DNA of 55,599 nt, filler included, from Callorhinchus milii (taxonomy: Eukaryota), in NCBI RefSeq assembly GCF_018977255.1. It is 2 parts of 2 records of this genome, joined end to end, with 100 filler letters (N's around TTAATTAATTAA, not from the genome) between each part and the next. Parts side by side here need not be neighbours in the genome. Positions count along the whole stretch, not along the records: positions 1 to 27,752 come from NW_024705687.1; 1 more part is not named here. One strand, written 5' to 3'. Below the pieces are notes generated by a model, which did not search any database, was not told the DNA's origin, and saw only the letters and a list, made by a program, of their open reading frames with translations. Positions 1 to 10,601 of the stretch are shown piece after piece. A program made the position numbers and the translations under genes. Each line of letters begins with the position of its first letter. The stretch's first letter is position 1.

Positions 1-2
1 CC

Positions 3-2458
3 ATTGAACCCCCGGAACATCATATTGAGACCAGCCCTCCGACATGGAAAGAGGTGGAAAACACAGTTCGAAGGGCAAGAACAGCATCAGCCCCGGGGCC
101 AAATGGAGTCCCGTACAAAGTGTATAAGAACGCACCAGACGTCCTGAGGTTCCTCTGGAGGCTTATGAGAACAGCTTGGCAAAAGAAGATAATACCCAAA
201 GTGTGGCGTAGGGCAGGCGGGGTCCTGATCCCTAAGGAGAAGGATGCAGTGAACATCAGCCAATTCCGCCCAATCTCCTTACTGAATGTCGAGGGTAAAA
301 TCTTCTTTAGGATCATTGCCCAGAGAATGGCCGAGTACCTGCAAAGGAATGCGTACGTCGATACATCTGTACAGAAGGCAGGAATATCAGGGTTCTCTGG
401 CTGCTTGGAACATTCCAGCATGATCTGGCACCAGATCCAAATGGCCAAGGTGGAGAAAAGGGACCTCCATGTAGTCTTCCTCGACCTCGCCAATGCATTT
501 GGCTCTGTGCCCCATGAACTCCTGTGGTCTGCCTTCAGATTTTTCCACATACCGGACACCATCACAACCCTGGTGAAGTCGTACTTTCAGGATCTGCAGT
601 TCTGCTTCACCACCTCAGAGTTCACCACCTCATGGCAATGCCTGAATGTAGGTATAATGGCGGGATGTACCATTTCTCCATTGGCATTCATAATGGCAAT
701 GGAGGTTATCATTAGATCCTCAAAATGGGTTGCTGGTGGACAGCGAGTCGACTCTGGTTTTCGCCTCCCTCCACTCAGAGCCTACATGGACGACATTACA
801 ACATTGACCACCACTGTCCCATGCACCAGGAGACTGCTCAGAAAACTCGAGGAGAACATCAGCTGGGCCCGTATGAAGATTAAACCATCCAAGTCACGCA
901 GCATCTCGATTGTGAAGGGAGTACTCTGTGACCTGAAATTCTTCATCGGAGATGACCAAATCCCAACAGTGTCTGAGCAGCCGGTAAAAAGCCTTGGAAG
1001 GTGGTATGATGCAAGCCTGAAGGACAAAGACCAGGTGCAACAGCTGCGCAAAGACATCAGTAGTAGCCTACAGTCCATCGACAACACCCAGCTACCTGGA
1101 AAGTTAAAGGCCTGGTGTCTGCAGTTTGGTCTCCTACCCCGGGTGTTGTGGCCCCTAGCAGTGTATGAGGTTCCAATCTCAACAGTGGAGAAGATGGAAA
1201 GAGGAGCCACGAGCTACTTAAAGAAGTGGCTCGGAGTTCCACGATGCCTTACCACCATAGGCCTCTATGGAGATGGTGTCCTCAAGCTGCCCCTCACCAG
1301 TCTAACCGAGGAATTCAAGTGTGCAAAAACCAGGCTCCAGATGACACTGAATGAATCTCGAGACCCAGTGGTGAGCAACAACGCGCCGACCTTGGCAACT
1401 GGGCGCAAATGGAGGCCAGGAAAAGCAGTCCAGGAGGCAACAGCAGCCCTCAGACATGCTGACATTGTGGGTCATGTTCAGCAAGGGAGAGGAGGCCTTG
1501 GGCTAACTAGCCGTGCTGCTTGGAGTAAGGCCACTGCACCAGAGCGGCGGAAGATGGTAGTGCAGGAAGTACGCCATCAGGAGGAGGCTGCAAGGTGGGC
1601 CAAGGCAGTCTCTCTTGCCAAACAAGGACAGTGGACTCGATGGGACAGTGTGGAGAAGAGGAAGATCAGCTGGAAGGATCTGTGGGCCATGGAAGCGAGG
1701 CGGTTGAGCTTTTCCATCAGAGCAACATATGACATCCTTCCAACACCAGTTAATCTTCACCAATGGTATGGTGAAGATCCGGACTGTGCCCTCTGTTCCA
1801 TGCCAGCCAACCTCAGGCACATTCTCACAGGGTGTAAAACAAGCCTCACCCAAGGACGCTACACTTGGCGTCACAACCAAGTCCTTAAAAACCTTGCGTC
1901 CGCCCTGGAGGACAAGCGAGCTGCCACCAACTCCCTACCACCCCCAGCAGCATCACACCCCTTACGGACGACCTTTGTCCGCGAAGGGGCTAAACCACCG
2001 AAGAGCGGCTCTACACCAATAGAGCGAGACCAGCTGCGCTTGGCCCGCGACTGGAAAATGCTAGCTGACATTGGCCGGCAACTTGTGTTTCCTCCGGAGA
2101 TCGCAACCACCACCCTAAGACCTGACATGGTGCTCTGGTCCCGTTCGCTCAAGAAGGTCTTCATCATTGAGCTCACAGTACCCTGGGAGGACTCAGTAGA
2201 TGAGGCTTATGAGCGAAAACATCTGCGCTATGCCGATCTAGCTGCCGAAGCACGGCATCATGGCTGGAACACAGAAGTCCGACCAGTGGAGGTGGGCTGC
2301 AGAGGTTTTGTGGCAACATCTACAACCAGACTGCTTAGAGACCTGGGAATTAAGGGCCAGAGCCAGCGTTCGGCAATCAAGCTGTATCGGAGGCGGCAGA
2401 AGGCAGCAGTCAGTGGCTCTGGATGAAGAGGAAAGACCCCAGCTGGGCCCCAAAGTGA
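3..2458 (+). CDS. Retrotransposon RT / restriction-like endonuclease polyprotein (partial; 1-nt frameshift near 2379)
   Basis: FLDLANAFGSVPH, GIMAGCTISP, YMDD, CALCSMPANLRHILTGC, YTWRHNQVL, LRPDMVLW..IIELTVPWE..ERKHLRY. After RSAIK another frame continues AVSEAAEGSSQWLWMKRKDPSWAPK* (TGA 2456-2458). Confidence 0.9.
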
Positions 2459-2620
2459 GAGGGCCAGGAGGTATGCAGTCAACAATGCTTGACTCAGGGA
2501 GGAGGACGCCCCTGCCATGCATAGTCCCATGGGATGTTGGCTACCAACAACAAGGCAACTCCTATGACTAATTGGGAATGGGACGCAAGCGTAGGATTGA
2601 TCACCCTGTCGCTGGCCGCC

Positions 2621-2698
2621 TTTGGGGAGGGTGTATAGTATGAAAGGCCGAAACACCCTAGGAACCAAAGGGTCACTACTGACGATGCGCTCCCCAAA
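2621..2698 (+). ncRNA. Candidate structured RNA / permuted hammerhead-like motif in retrotransposon 3' UTR
   Basis: GUA 2633-2635, GAAAC 2650-2654, CUGACGA 2679-2685; pairings AGGGTGT/ACACCCT, TAGT/ACTA and TTTGGGG/CCCCAAA. Confidence 0.45.
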
Positions 2699-4233
2699 TT
2701 TCACCAGGCTCACTGTTCATGAACTCTTGGAAGTGCTTGCACAAAGGATAGTAACATCTCATCCTGTGTTCTTTGGAATCTGAGTCGATTTAGCCAACAT
2801 GCCTATTATAATCACCCAGGAATGTCTGTCCTTAACGCTCGTGACGTCACTCCACATCGGCCAGCCCCCCCTCATTAATATTCATGAGCAGGTGACGTCC
2901 TCAAATGGACACCCCCCACCCCTCCTCATTAATAATCATGAGCGGGTGACATCACTCATTATGGAGTCATGTTTGGAATCTTGTGGTTTGATTGCCCATA
3001 CTTCGCCACTGTGGTAAGTCGGTGTTGCTGAATGGGATGAGTTGCAGGGGGAGGCAGGACCGTTTAAGTTGTCATGTCATGGCCATTCAGTTAGGAATAC
3101 AGATATCGCACTCCCGAGGCCCTCTGACACAGCACTGTCATTGACGCTGCACTAGTGGAAATGGAGTGACTTTCAGAGCAGGACCTGGAGAAACATTCAC
3201 GCGACCACAGGGATAACTTGGAAACTCCAAATACAGGCGTCACGGTTGAAATCAAACCCACAGCCTTCTGTAAACCTGGCAAGGTTGTTGACGTCTCGCC
3301 AGCACGGTGCCCCTTTCACAAGTTGTTACATTCACAATTTCACAATTTTAACCGATCAGCCTTCAATAACGTACTAGGCTCTATAAACAAATATTCGGCT
3401 AGTTTTCCCAGCTGAAATCAACGTTTCTCGCAGGCTTGTGCATGATCTGTGTTCGGCTCATTTAACACTCGCCCAACTTTGGGGCTTTTGTTGATCTCTT
3501 GCATTTTCACATTCCTAATCGCACGTTTGAATGAGTCAACAGCAAATCGCAGATGGCCACTACTCTCCATCTGCCCGTGCCTTTATTTCCATCAATAATA
3601 TCTTTGGGAAACACATTTTAGGTGTCCGGTGAATAACGTTGGTTCAAGTGCAATTTCCCCTCATATCAATGGAGTCTTCATCTGCACATCCTTGGCGTAG
3701 CCCCTTTCCATCTCCAAAGTTGAAGCTCAATTTCCAAGGAGTCAAATACCTCAGTCCGCAAGGGATGGGACAAGGTTACGTCCCTCCAGGAACTTTCTTT
3801 TATGCCTAACTGCTCAGGTGAGGTTGGCTGCTAGAATTACCCGCAATTTTCTTTCAGATCTCGTGAACGGTGAAGGAAATGTTAAACCTATTTTACATCA
3901 TGAAATATTCCAGGGATGTACCCGTTCTCGGAGGATAATTGGACGTCATGTGTCAATCACGGACCTGTTTTTAAACAGGACAAAACCAGATACCCCTAAC
4001 TTCTGTGAGGTCAGTGCCACGCGTGTTGCTCCTTTGGGCCGAGGCAACCCAAAGAGGGGGCTCGATGGATCACCACCATTGCGCCATTGCCTGTAACAGA
4101 GTCTGCATCACGAGGCGGGAACCAACCACAGCCGTGTCCACTGCTCGCCTGTGCCAATTCCACACATGATTCACCAAGACCAGGACCAGTTAGCCAGTAA
4201 TTTTATTAAGAATCGTTTTATATTTTAAGTGAT

Positions 4234-4623
4234 TTATTTTGGTTTATCAGCAGAAATGGGCGGGCCACATGGCCCCTTGGTGACGAACACGCGCTCCTCT
4301 AACGGGGCATGGCCGGCTATGAGGATTCGCGTCCACGTGGTCATTAACGCTTGGAAGTCCACGCTACCGCCTTGGTTCTTGTGAAAATCCCCCATGATCT
4401 TGCGCACGACTTGAGAAACGCGTGCACGGTGTCGCCGACACCACGGAGCCCACAGGAAACCCACCGCCAGGTAGGGCCGCATGTGCTTCACGAGCAGATT
4501 CTGCAGCGCGTGCTTCCTCATGAAGACGCTCCCCGCGCCTCCTTCACAGCTAGCGCAGAACTCGCGCACGAAGAGGTCAATGAAAGCGCTCAAATCCTCC
4601 ATGGCGACGGCAGACGAAGGCAT
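4234..4623 (-). CDS. S100-like EF-hand protein, copy A; exons 2 and 3 fused in frame through a truncated intron remnant
   Basis: MPSSAVAMEDLSAFIDLF..LQNLLVKHMRPYL and VRKIMGDFHKNQGGSVDFQALM..ILIAGH resemble the two S100 helix-loop-helix units; ccccag acceptor just before the ATG; AATAAA about 30 nt after the stop. Confidence 0.7.
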   Translation of the reverse strand: MPSSAVAMEDLSAFIDLFVREFCASCEGGAGSVFMRKHALQNLLVKHMRPYLAVGFLWAPWCRRHRARVSQVVRKIMGDFHKNQGGSVDFQALMTTWTRILIAGHAPLEERVFVTKGPCGPPISADKPK

Positions 4624-5186
4624 CACGAGATTCTTTGACTGGGGGAACGAATAAAAATATGTTTTACCTGTATAGCCTTACCAGACTGTTGGAACAAGTG
4701 CTGTTAGCGATCACCTATTAAAGCCAGCAAGCAATACACGAGGGGTTGGTCAGCCAGCGCCACGCTCGGCCACCTTGGTCTCCTAAGCAAAGTTTACAAC
4801 CACACCACGTCTTTATTGGTGGCCGAGTCGACCTAGGGAAGGCCCAGGACTGGTAAAGAATACTCTGCGGGTGTTGGTCCCGAGTGGGTATCGAATTCGG
4901 GTCGCCGGGTTCAGGATCCCAGTGCGTTAACCGCTACACTTCCTCGCTCATTTCCTACACACGCATATAAATTACACACGGGTAAACTCTGCGTAGAACC
5001 CCTACACAACACGAGTATTGCTTTCAGGAGGAGACCAATAAATCAGGACCAGACTTGAGCAGCTGCCTCTCTCTCACCCCAACGCTCAAGTAGATGCAGC
5101 GCAGAGAATATTCACAACGAGAAATCGACGAATAGTCTTCACGAGGCCCCTCCGCATTCAAGACGTTAAAAGGAGACGGAACTCAC

Positions 5187-5248
5187 GGCAATATAGAGGA
5201 ACAGAGACGAGCAGCAACCACTGAATGCGCATCGCGCGGGGTTTTAAA
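5187..5248 (-). promoter_or_regulatory. Putative TATA-like box, initiator and non-coding exon 1 of S100-like copy A
   Basis: Minus strand TTTAAAA (5248-5242), TCAGT about 25 nt downstream, then GTGAGT donor at 5186; matches the 3-exon S100 layout. Confidence 0.45.
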
Positions 5249-7179
5249 TCCTCACCTGTGCTGTTTACGTCAATCATGATTGTATTGACCTGTTTTATTG
5301 ATGTCACGACTCATCGCGTCTCAGTGTGTGAATCTGACCAATCCCGTGCGTCCGCTTATTCAGACGAATATCTTGGGAGTGCGGGGTAATGGTAATGATG
5401 GAAGCAGTGACGATGATTGACCACGATGACGAGGAAGAGGTTGGCGGAGTTTGTCTTTCTGTGATGTTCACCATTGTCGTGAAGATGCCACTCAACGTTC
5501 CTTTGATGGGAAACTTGATCACAAATCCAATTCACTATCACTTTTTAAATTATAATCTACTTGAGCCCATTTAGGCGACAAATGACTCATTAAACATTTA
5601 TTTAAGTCCAATATTTTAGATTTCTCGGGAGGCAGTTGTTTTTGGACAGATTTCCGTTTGCTTTACTCTATAGTTTAATACATTTCTCGTCATTTCGGCG
5701 ATCCAGGTCACTTGCAAATGAGACTATCCTCGTCTCTTGGAGTTTCTCATCTGGTTAAACAAAATACATTTCACTTTTCTAATGTTTTGATTCGCGCGGT
5801 ATTGATTGACCATACTTCAGTGGTAAGTCGGTGTTTGTGAATGGGATGAAGGGGGGTGTGGGAGGCATGCCCCTTCAATAGGAATACAGATCTCACACTC
5901 ACTCGCCCCTCTCATGGACACAACACTGGGATTGGCAGTGCGGCTGCACTTCGAGTGGAAATGGAGCGGCGCTCTGAGCAGTGGAGCCACCGGAGTTGCG
6001 GGGAATATCGCAACCCGAGCGCGGCTTCAGATTTCCGCCTTCAGCAGCAAAATGTTTGAAGCCTTCCCCGAGGTCAGAATCCGGGAACCAACACCAACTC
6101 ACGTGCCAGATCTACAGGATCCAACCCATTTGTCGTTCGGGTCTCCTTCATTACGAATATAGCGCAATGCGAACTCCAGAGCATTACAGACGCTGCTGGC
6201 ACGATTTTGCGATTCCTTCAGGACTCGTTTACACTGCCACCTTGCTTTTTATCACCAAATTCAGTTTTCCAAAAACTACTACGTTCATTTAACCACCTTT
6301 CACGAGTGACTTCGCTCCACTTTCAATAACTAGCCGGGTTCCATATAGTCTGATGTTACCCAGTTGTGTACCTCCAGTAGCGATTTCCAGGTGCATAGCG
6401 ACCTTGTGTATGCCTATCTCAGCTCGTTTACCACAAACTCAGCTTTGGGGGCTTTCACTGCTGATTATCGCGTTTTCACAATTTCCATCGCACGTTAGAT
6501 TGGATCACTAACTTCTAGAGGTCATTCCCCTATGCCTTTGTTTCCAAAGTGTTGGGAATCAAATTATAATGCCATCTTTATCTGCATATCAGCATAGCCC
6601 CTTGCCATCGAAGGTTGAAGGACCTCTAAGTTTACAGTCGAAGGCTTTCTCAGTCTAAAACAGCCGAGACAAGGTTACTTCATACTCTCCTGGAACTTGA
6701 TTTTTAGCCTGAGCGGGAACGTCGGTAGAAAACCTTCCCAATCACTTGTCAGGTGAGGTTGGCCGCTTTAATATTCTGCCATTTTCTTTCCAAGACCTGC
6801 CTATGCACCCGGAAACGGAAGTGTTACTCCTATTCGTATGGAAGAATGAAATTCCAGGGATGTACCGGTTCTCGGGGAGCTAATAATTTGGTGTCAAATG
6901 CCAACTACCACGGACCTGTTTTTAAACAGTACGAAGTCCGACCCTCCTAACACGCGAGGACAGTGCCACGGTCGTTGCCCTTTCTTGGCAGAGCTAACCT
7001 AAGGAGTTTCATGAAGCCCACCGCCATTGCCAGTAACCAAATTTGCATAACGAGGAGAGCCAACCACAGCCACTGCTCGCTGGTTTCAAACTTCACACGC
7101 ATGAGTCACCAAGACCAGGACTGACCAGTTTGCCAGCAATTTTAATATTTATCTCATATTTTAAGGATATTTATTTCGG

Positions 7180-7847
7180 TTTATCAGCAACTTTAGGCGG
7201 GCCATAGGGCCCCTGGTGAGGAACACGATCCTGGAACGGGGCATGGCCGGCCACGAGGATCCGCGTTCACGTTGCCATGAACGCTTGGAAGTCCACGCTG
7301 GCACCTTGGTTCTCATGCAGATCCCCCATGATCTTGCGCACTTCATCCGGGGTCACACGCACCCTGCAGGCGTGATAGCGGGAACAGTTTCTGCTACAGG
7401 CAATGCACAAATCTCTGCTCAGTGCTGCATCGAGAGTAAACATGCAATGGTGGCCATAAGACCAGCCATAAAGCAACCCCTTAGCAATGGCTACTCCCGC
7501 TCAGTCGTTCAAGCAAAACCCAGCACCACGGATCCTGGCGACACCTCGAGGCGTCCCGGCTCCAGGCCATGGGGCTCCCACAATGTACATTCTTCGAGCC
7601 GGGCAGCTGTACGAGGTGCGGTCACAGCGACAAACACGGCTTGAAAAATGCTCGAGGTGCTGTTGCCGTGGAGCCCACAGGAAACCCACCGCCAGGTAGG
7701 GCCGCATGTGTTTTACGAGCAGAGTCTGCAGCGCGTGCTTCCTCATGGAGACGCTCCCGCGCCTCCTTCACAGTTGGCGCAGAACTCGCGCATGAAGATG
7801 TCCATCACAGCACTCGGATCCTCCATGGTGGCAGCAGAGGACGGCAT
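7180..7847 (-). pseudogene. S100-like pseudogene, copy B (exon 7847-7690, intron 7689-7364, exon from 7363)
   Basis: GTGGGT donor after RPYLA; CTGCAG acceptor; DEVRKIMGDLHENQGASVDFQAFMAT; 1-nt deletion near 7756, second frameshift in exon 3, TGA at 7269-7267. Confidence 0.75.
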
Positions 7848-8049
7848 CACGAGATTCCTTCACAGAACATTATTTTACAGCGTCATTCATGCAACGGCAT
7901 CTCGATGCACAAATGCAAAAAAATCCCACCAACTGAACACATAAGAAAAAAAACAAAAAATATAAAATACATCCGTTAGGCCCACAATACCAACATTTCG
8001 CCAGATTTGAGAACGTTCACAGGAGGAGTGGCCAAAAAGGTGAGCCAGA

Positions 8050-9600
8050 TTGACCATAAAAATATAAATTACTTATTTCCCAGCGTATGCATGGACCAAT
8101 AATTTGGCGTTTAGTTCTTGATTTGATCGGATGTTTAAAAAGTGGAAGGTCCAGGCTGGGAGCAACAGATGAAGGTCAGAAAGCAAAAGACAGATGTCGT
8201 TGCGATTGATGATCAGACATTTTGTACCTTGTTGGAAATAAGAAATTTCTCACATTGAACCACCAATGCAGATGTAGGATTGTTTTTGCGGAGAAGATAG
8301 TTTGTACAATTTATTTGTCCTCCTCGGCTTCATTGAGTAGCCTCGAATAGTCAGTCGTGGTTTTCATAAAGCAATTCATCATACGATTTGGAAGTGATTG
8401 TTGCAGATTTGTAAAATTAACTTAAGACCAGTTTCCCCCCCCCCCCCCCCCACATTTCCTCCAAGCAACGTTTTTTGATCATGCAAAAGGTGTACCATGA
8501 AGCTGAAGGTCAAAGAAAATGGATCGGAGAAAGATCGTCTACCTCTGATTGTTTGATTAGTGGTTTACAGAAGGTGTAACATGAGAAAAGGAAAGTGGGA
8601 TCTTTAAAATCATGAATGTGCAAGTAGAGTAGAGCGGGTGAGATATTTTTTATGAGACTGATAAGAAAAATATGTCAGGTGGAGGATTTGGAAGACGGAC
8701 AAATTAATGCGGTAAAGCACAGGAGATCGAGGAAACTATAATTTCAATGTTGTTTGATATTAGCAGATCTTTGACATTTCCTTTTGAAAAGAGGAAAAAG
8801 AGATTCGATATGGAAATTTAAGTCGCCAAGAATGATCACCGGAGGGGAGTGCGACCCCTGGTGTAAATTGGAAAATCCGATAAAATCACAAAGGAGCCTT
8901 AAGTGGGTGGTAGACTACAATAGCTTCAGATGAGGAAAAGACACTTGAAGAGAAAGTTGCTCAAAAGAGCTGGCGTAGCTGGAACGTTTCATATTCACGA
9001 AATTGAAATTTGATATAGCAATCAACACCACCTCGACCTGAAAGCCGCGCAAATTCAAAGTAGTGAACCTGGAGGAACCGATTCAAGAAACGGAAAAATC
9101 TGACGTAGAATGCCACATTTTAGTAGAGGCAAGTCCCGCAAGTCCCCTCCACAAGAAAATCATTATTAATGTTTGTCTTTAAAAATAGACCTAATGTTTC
9201 ATAAGGATAATTTAGTCGTTAGAAGTGGGGTAGGTGTAGATGGGATTAAAAATTTGATTGTGGAGGAGGCTTTCGATTCTTGCATAGATGCAGATGTGTA
9301 CTTTGGTATTAAGGTGGGTATGAGCGTTTAAACCTAGACAACGATCAGAATACGGGGTTTATGGGTTTTAAGGAGCCGGCTCGCTTTATGGATGCATTAT
9401 TTGACCACGCAGAGTGGATGCAGGAGGTCTGGTTGATGGAGAGTATACTGGTCTCAGCAAAAAAAAACCCCACGAGTGTAACTCATTGCCACAGTTCAGA
9501 AGTAGGCGCCGATTACTCGCAGCAGCCCCAAAACAGCTAGCCACCTGGTAGGAGCAGCCAAGTTGGTTCAGCCAGCTAGTGTCGTCGCCGACAGGACCAT
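8050..9600 (-). mobile_element. Decayed L2/CR1-type LINE, APE endonuclease region; boundaries approximate
   Basis: Minus strand VIILGDLNFHIE near 8839-8804 and IVVYHP near 8920; many stops. Confidence 0.65.
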
Positions 9601-9991
9601 ATTACGCATAGGCAGGTGAAAAATCAAGCCACAGGCACACATTCACCATGAAGCAGTGAGCAGCAAGGTCTCAACCAACGACCACAGACGGCCCGCGGAA
9701 CGACAGCAACAGATGGCCGGCCAAAGCACCGGGAAGAGGTTGATGGGATGGTGGCCACCACCGCAGGATTCACTGGCCCAATATCCCCCAACAAAACAGT
9801 TTGTTTGGCAGCCAGAGTCAAGGGGAAAGGGGGGGAGGGAAATGCTAATGGCAAGGCGGGAAGTCGAGATACGGGCGCATCGAGGAGGATGGGGTTGTGG
9901 TACGATAAAAGCCAACTGCGATGGAATCACTGATCTGGCTGATATAGCCAATCAAATGAAGGGGGTGTGTCGCGTCATTACTCGATGCATG

Positions 9992-10577
9992 TGTAGGGGT
10001 GTTAAAGAGAGGGCCCGTTATGCATGGCAGCCTATGGAAAACAAACACAGTGGGCGGGGCTACGTAAGTGCACGAGCAAGTGCCCTCTACGACGTCCGAG
10101 CCAGACACCCTGGGGGGGGCTGGTTCGAACGTTATGATCCCCCGGGGCCCCACCCCTCAGGGAGGGGTTGGGTATAAAAGGGGATGTTCAAAGGGCTCAA
10201 GGCAGTTATGTTTAAGCTAAGGGAAGAAGATTGAAGACGTCTTAGATAGAGCCCTGGACTCCCCTGGTTCGATGTCCTTTTCAGGGCCGGACAGGATTGA
10301 GCCAGCGGCGTGGTCCCGAAAGCCAGAGCCGGTGCTCTTGTAAGAGCTGGTCTGGAACTCCGGGTACCGGGCCCGACTTACCAGTGTCGGGCCAGTTAGC
10401 CTCCCCTAGCCCATTAGTGGAGGATTCGGGGCTAGGACAGAGTTAGCTAGGGGTGTATTCCGAGTTATACGGGTGAGGGGGCCGATACCCCTCGAGTGTG
10501 TATATGCCCACTGTCATATTGTGAATAAACATACGTGTGCCTCAACCTCGGCGTCAAGCGTCCTCACCGGTACTTCA
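9992..10577 (+). repeat. 5' LTR
   Basis: TGTAGGG...TACTTCA; TATAAAAG near 10173; AATAAA near 10524. Confidence 0.9.
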
Positions 10578-10579
10578 AC

Positions 10580-10592
10580 TGGTGTCAGAAGT
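10580..10592 (+). promoter_or_regulatory. Primer binding site, tRNA-Leu
   Basis: TGGTGTCAGAAGT 2 nt after the LTR, complementary to the 3' end of vertebrate tRNA-Leu. Confidence 0.85.
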
Positions 10593-10601
10593 AATTCGAA
10601 C

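Larger units (their letters stand above)
1..2760 (+). mobile_element. HERO-clade (R2 supergroup, RLE-type) non-LTR retrotransposon, 5' end outside window; 3' boundary approximate
   Basis: Single ORF with RT, CCHC knuckle, RHN motif and C-terminal PD..E..K restriction-like endonuclease, followed by about 300 nt of 3' UTR. Confidence 0.88.
2990..7860. repeat. Diverged direct segmental duplication (copy A about 2990-4640, copy B about 5805-7860)
   Basis: Shared colinear blocks: gtggtaagtcggtgtt, aggaatacagat, caggtgaggttggc, ttccagggatgtacc, cacggacctgtttttaaacag, tcaccaagaccaggac, and the S100-like exons. Confidence 0.9.

Noticed and set aside
2646..2690. Conventional type II hammerhead using GUC at 2672-2674
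   Set aside because: Only 4 nt separate it from CUGACGA, so stem I cannot form; the alternative topology is reported as a finding instead
10473..10601. N-terminal extension of gag in the ORF track
   Set aside because: Starts at a GTG inside the LTR; the ATG after the PBS at 10602 is the plausible start
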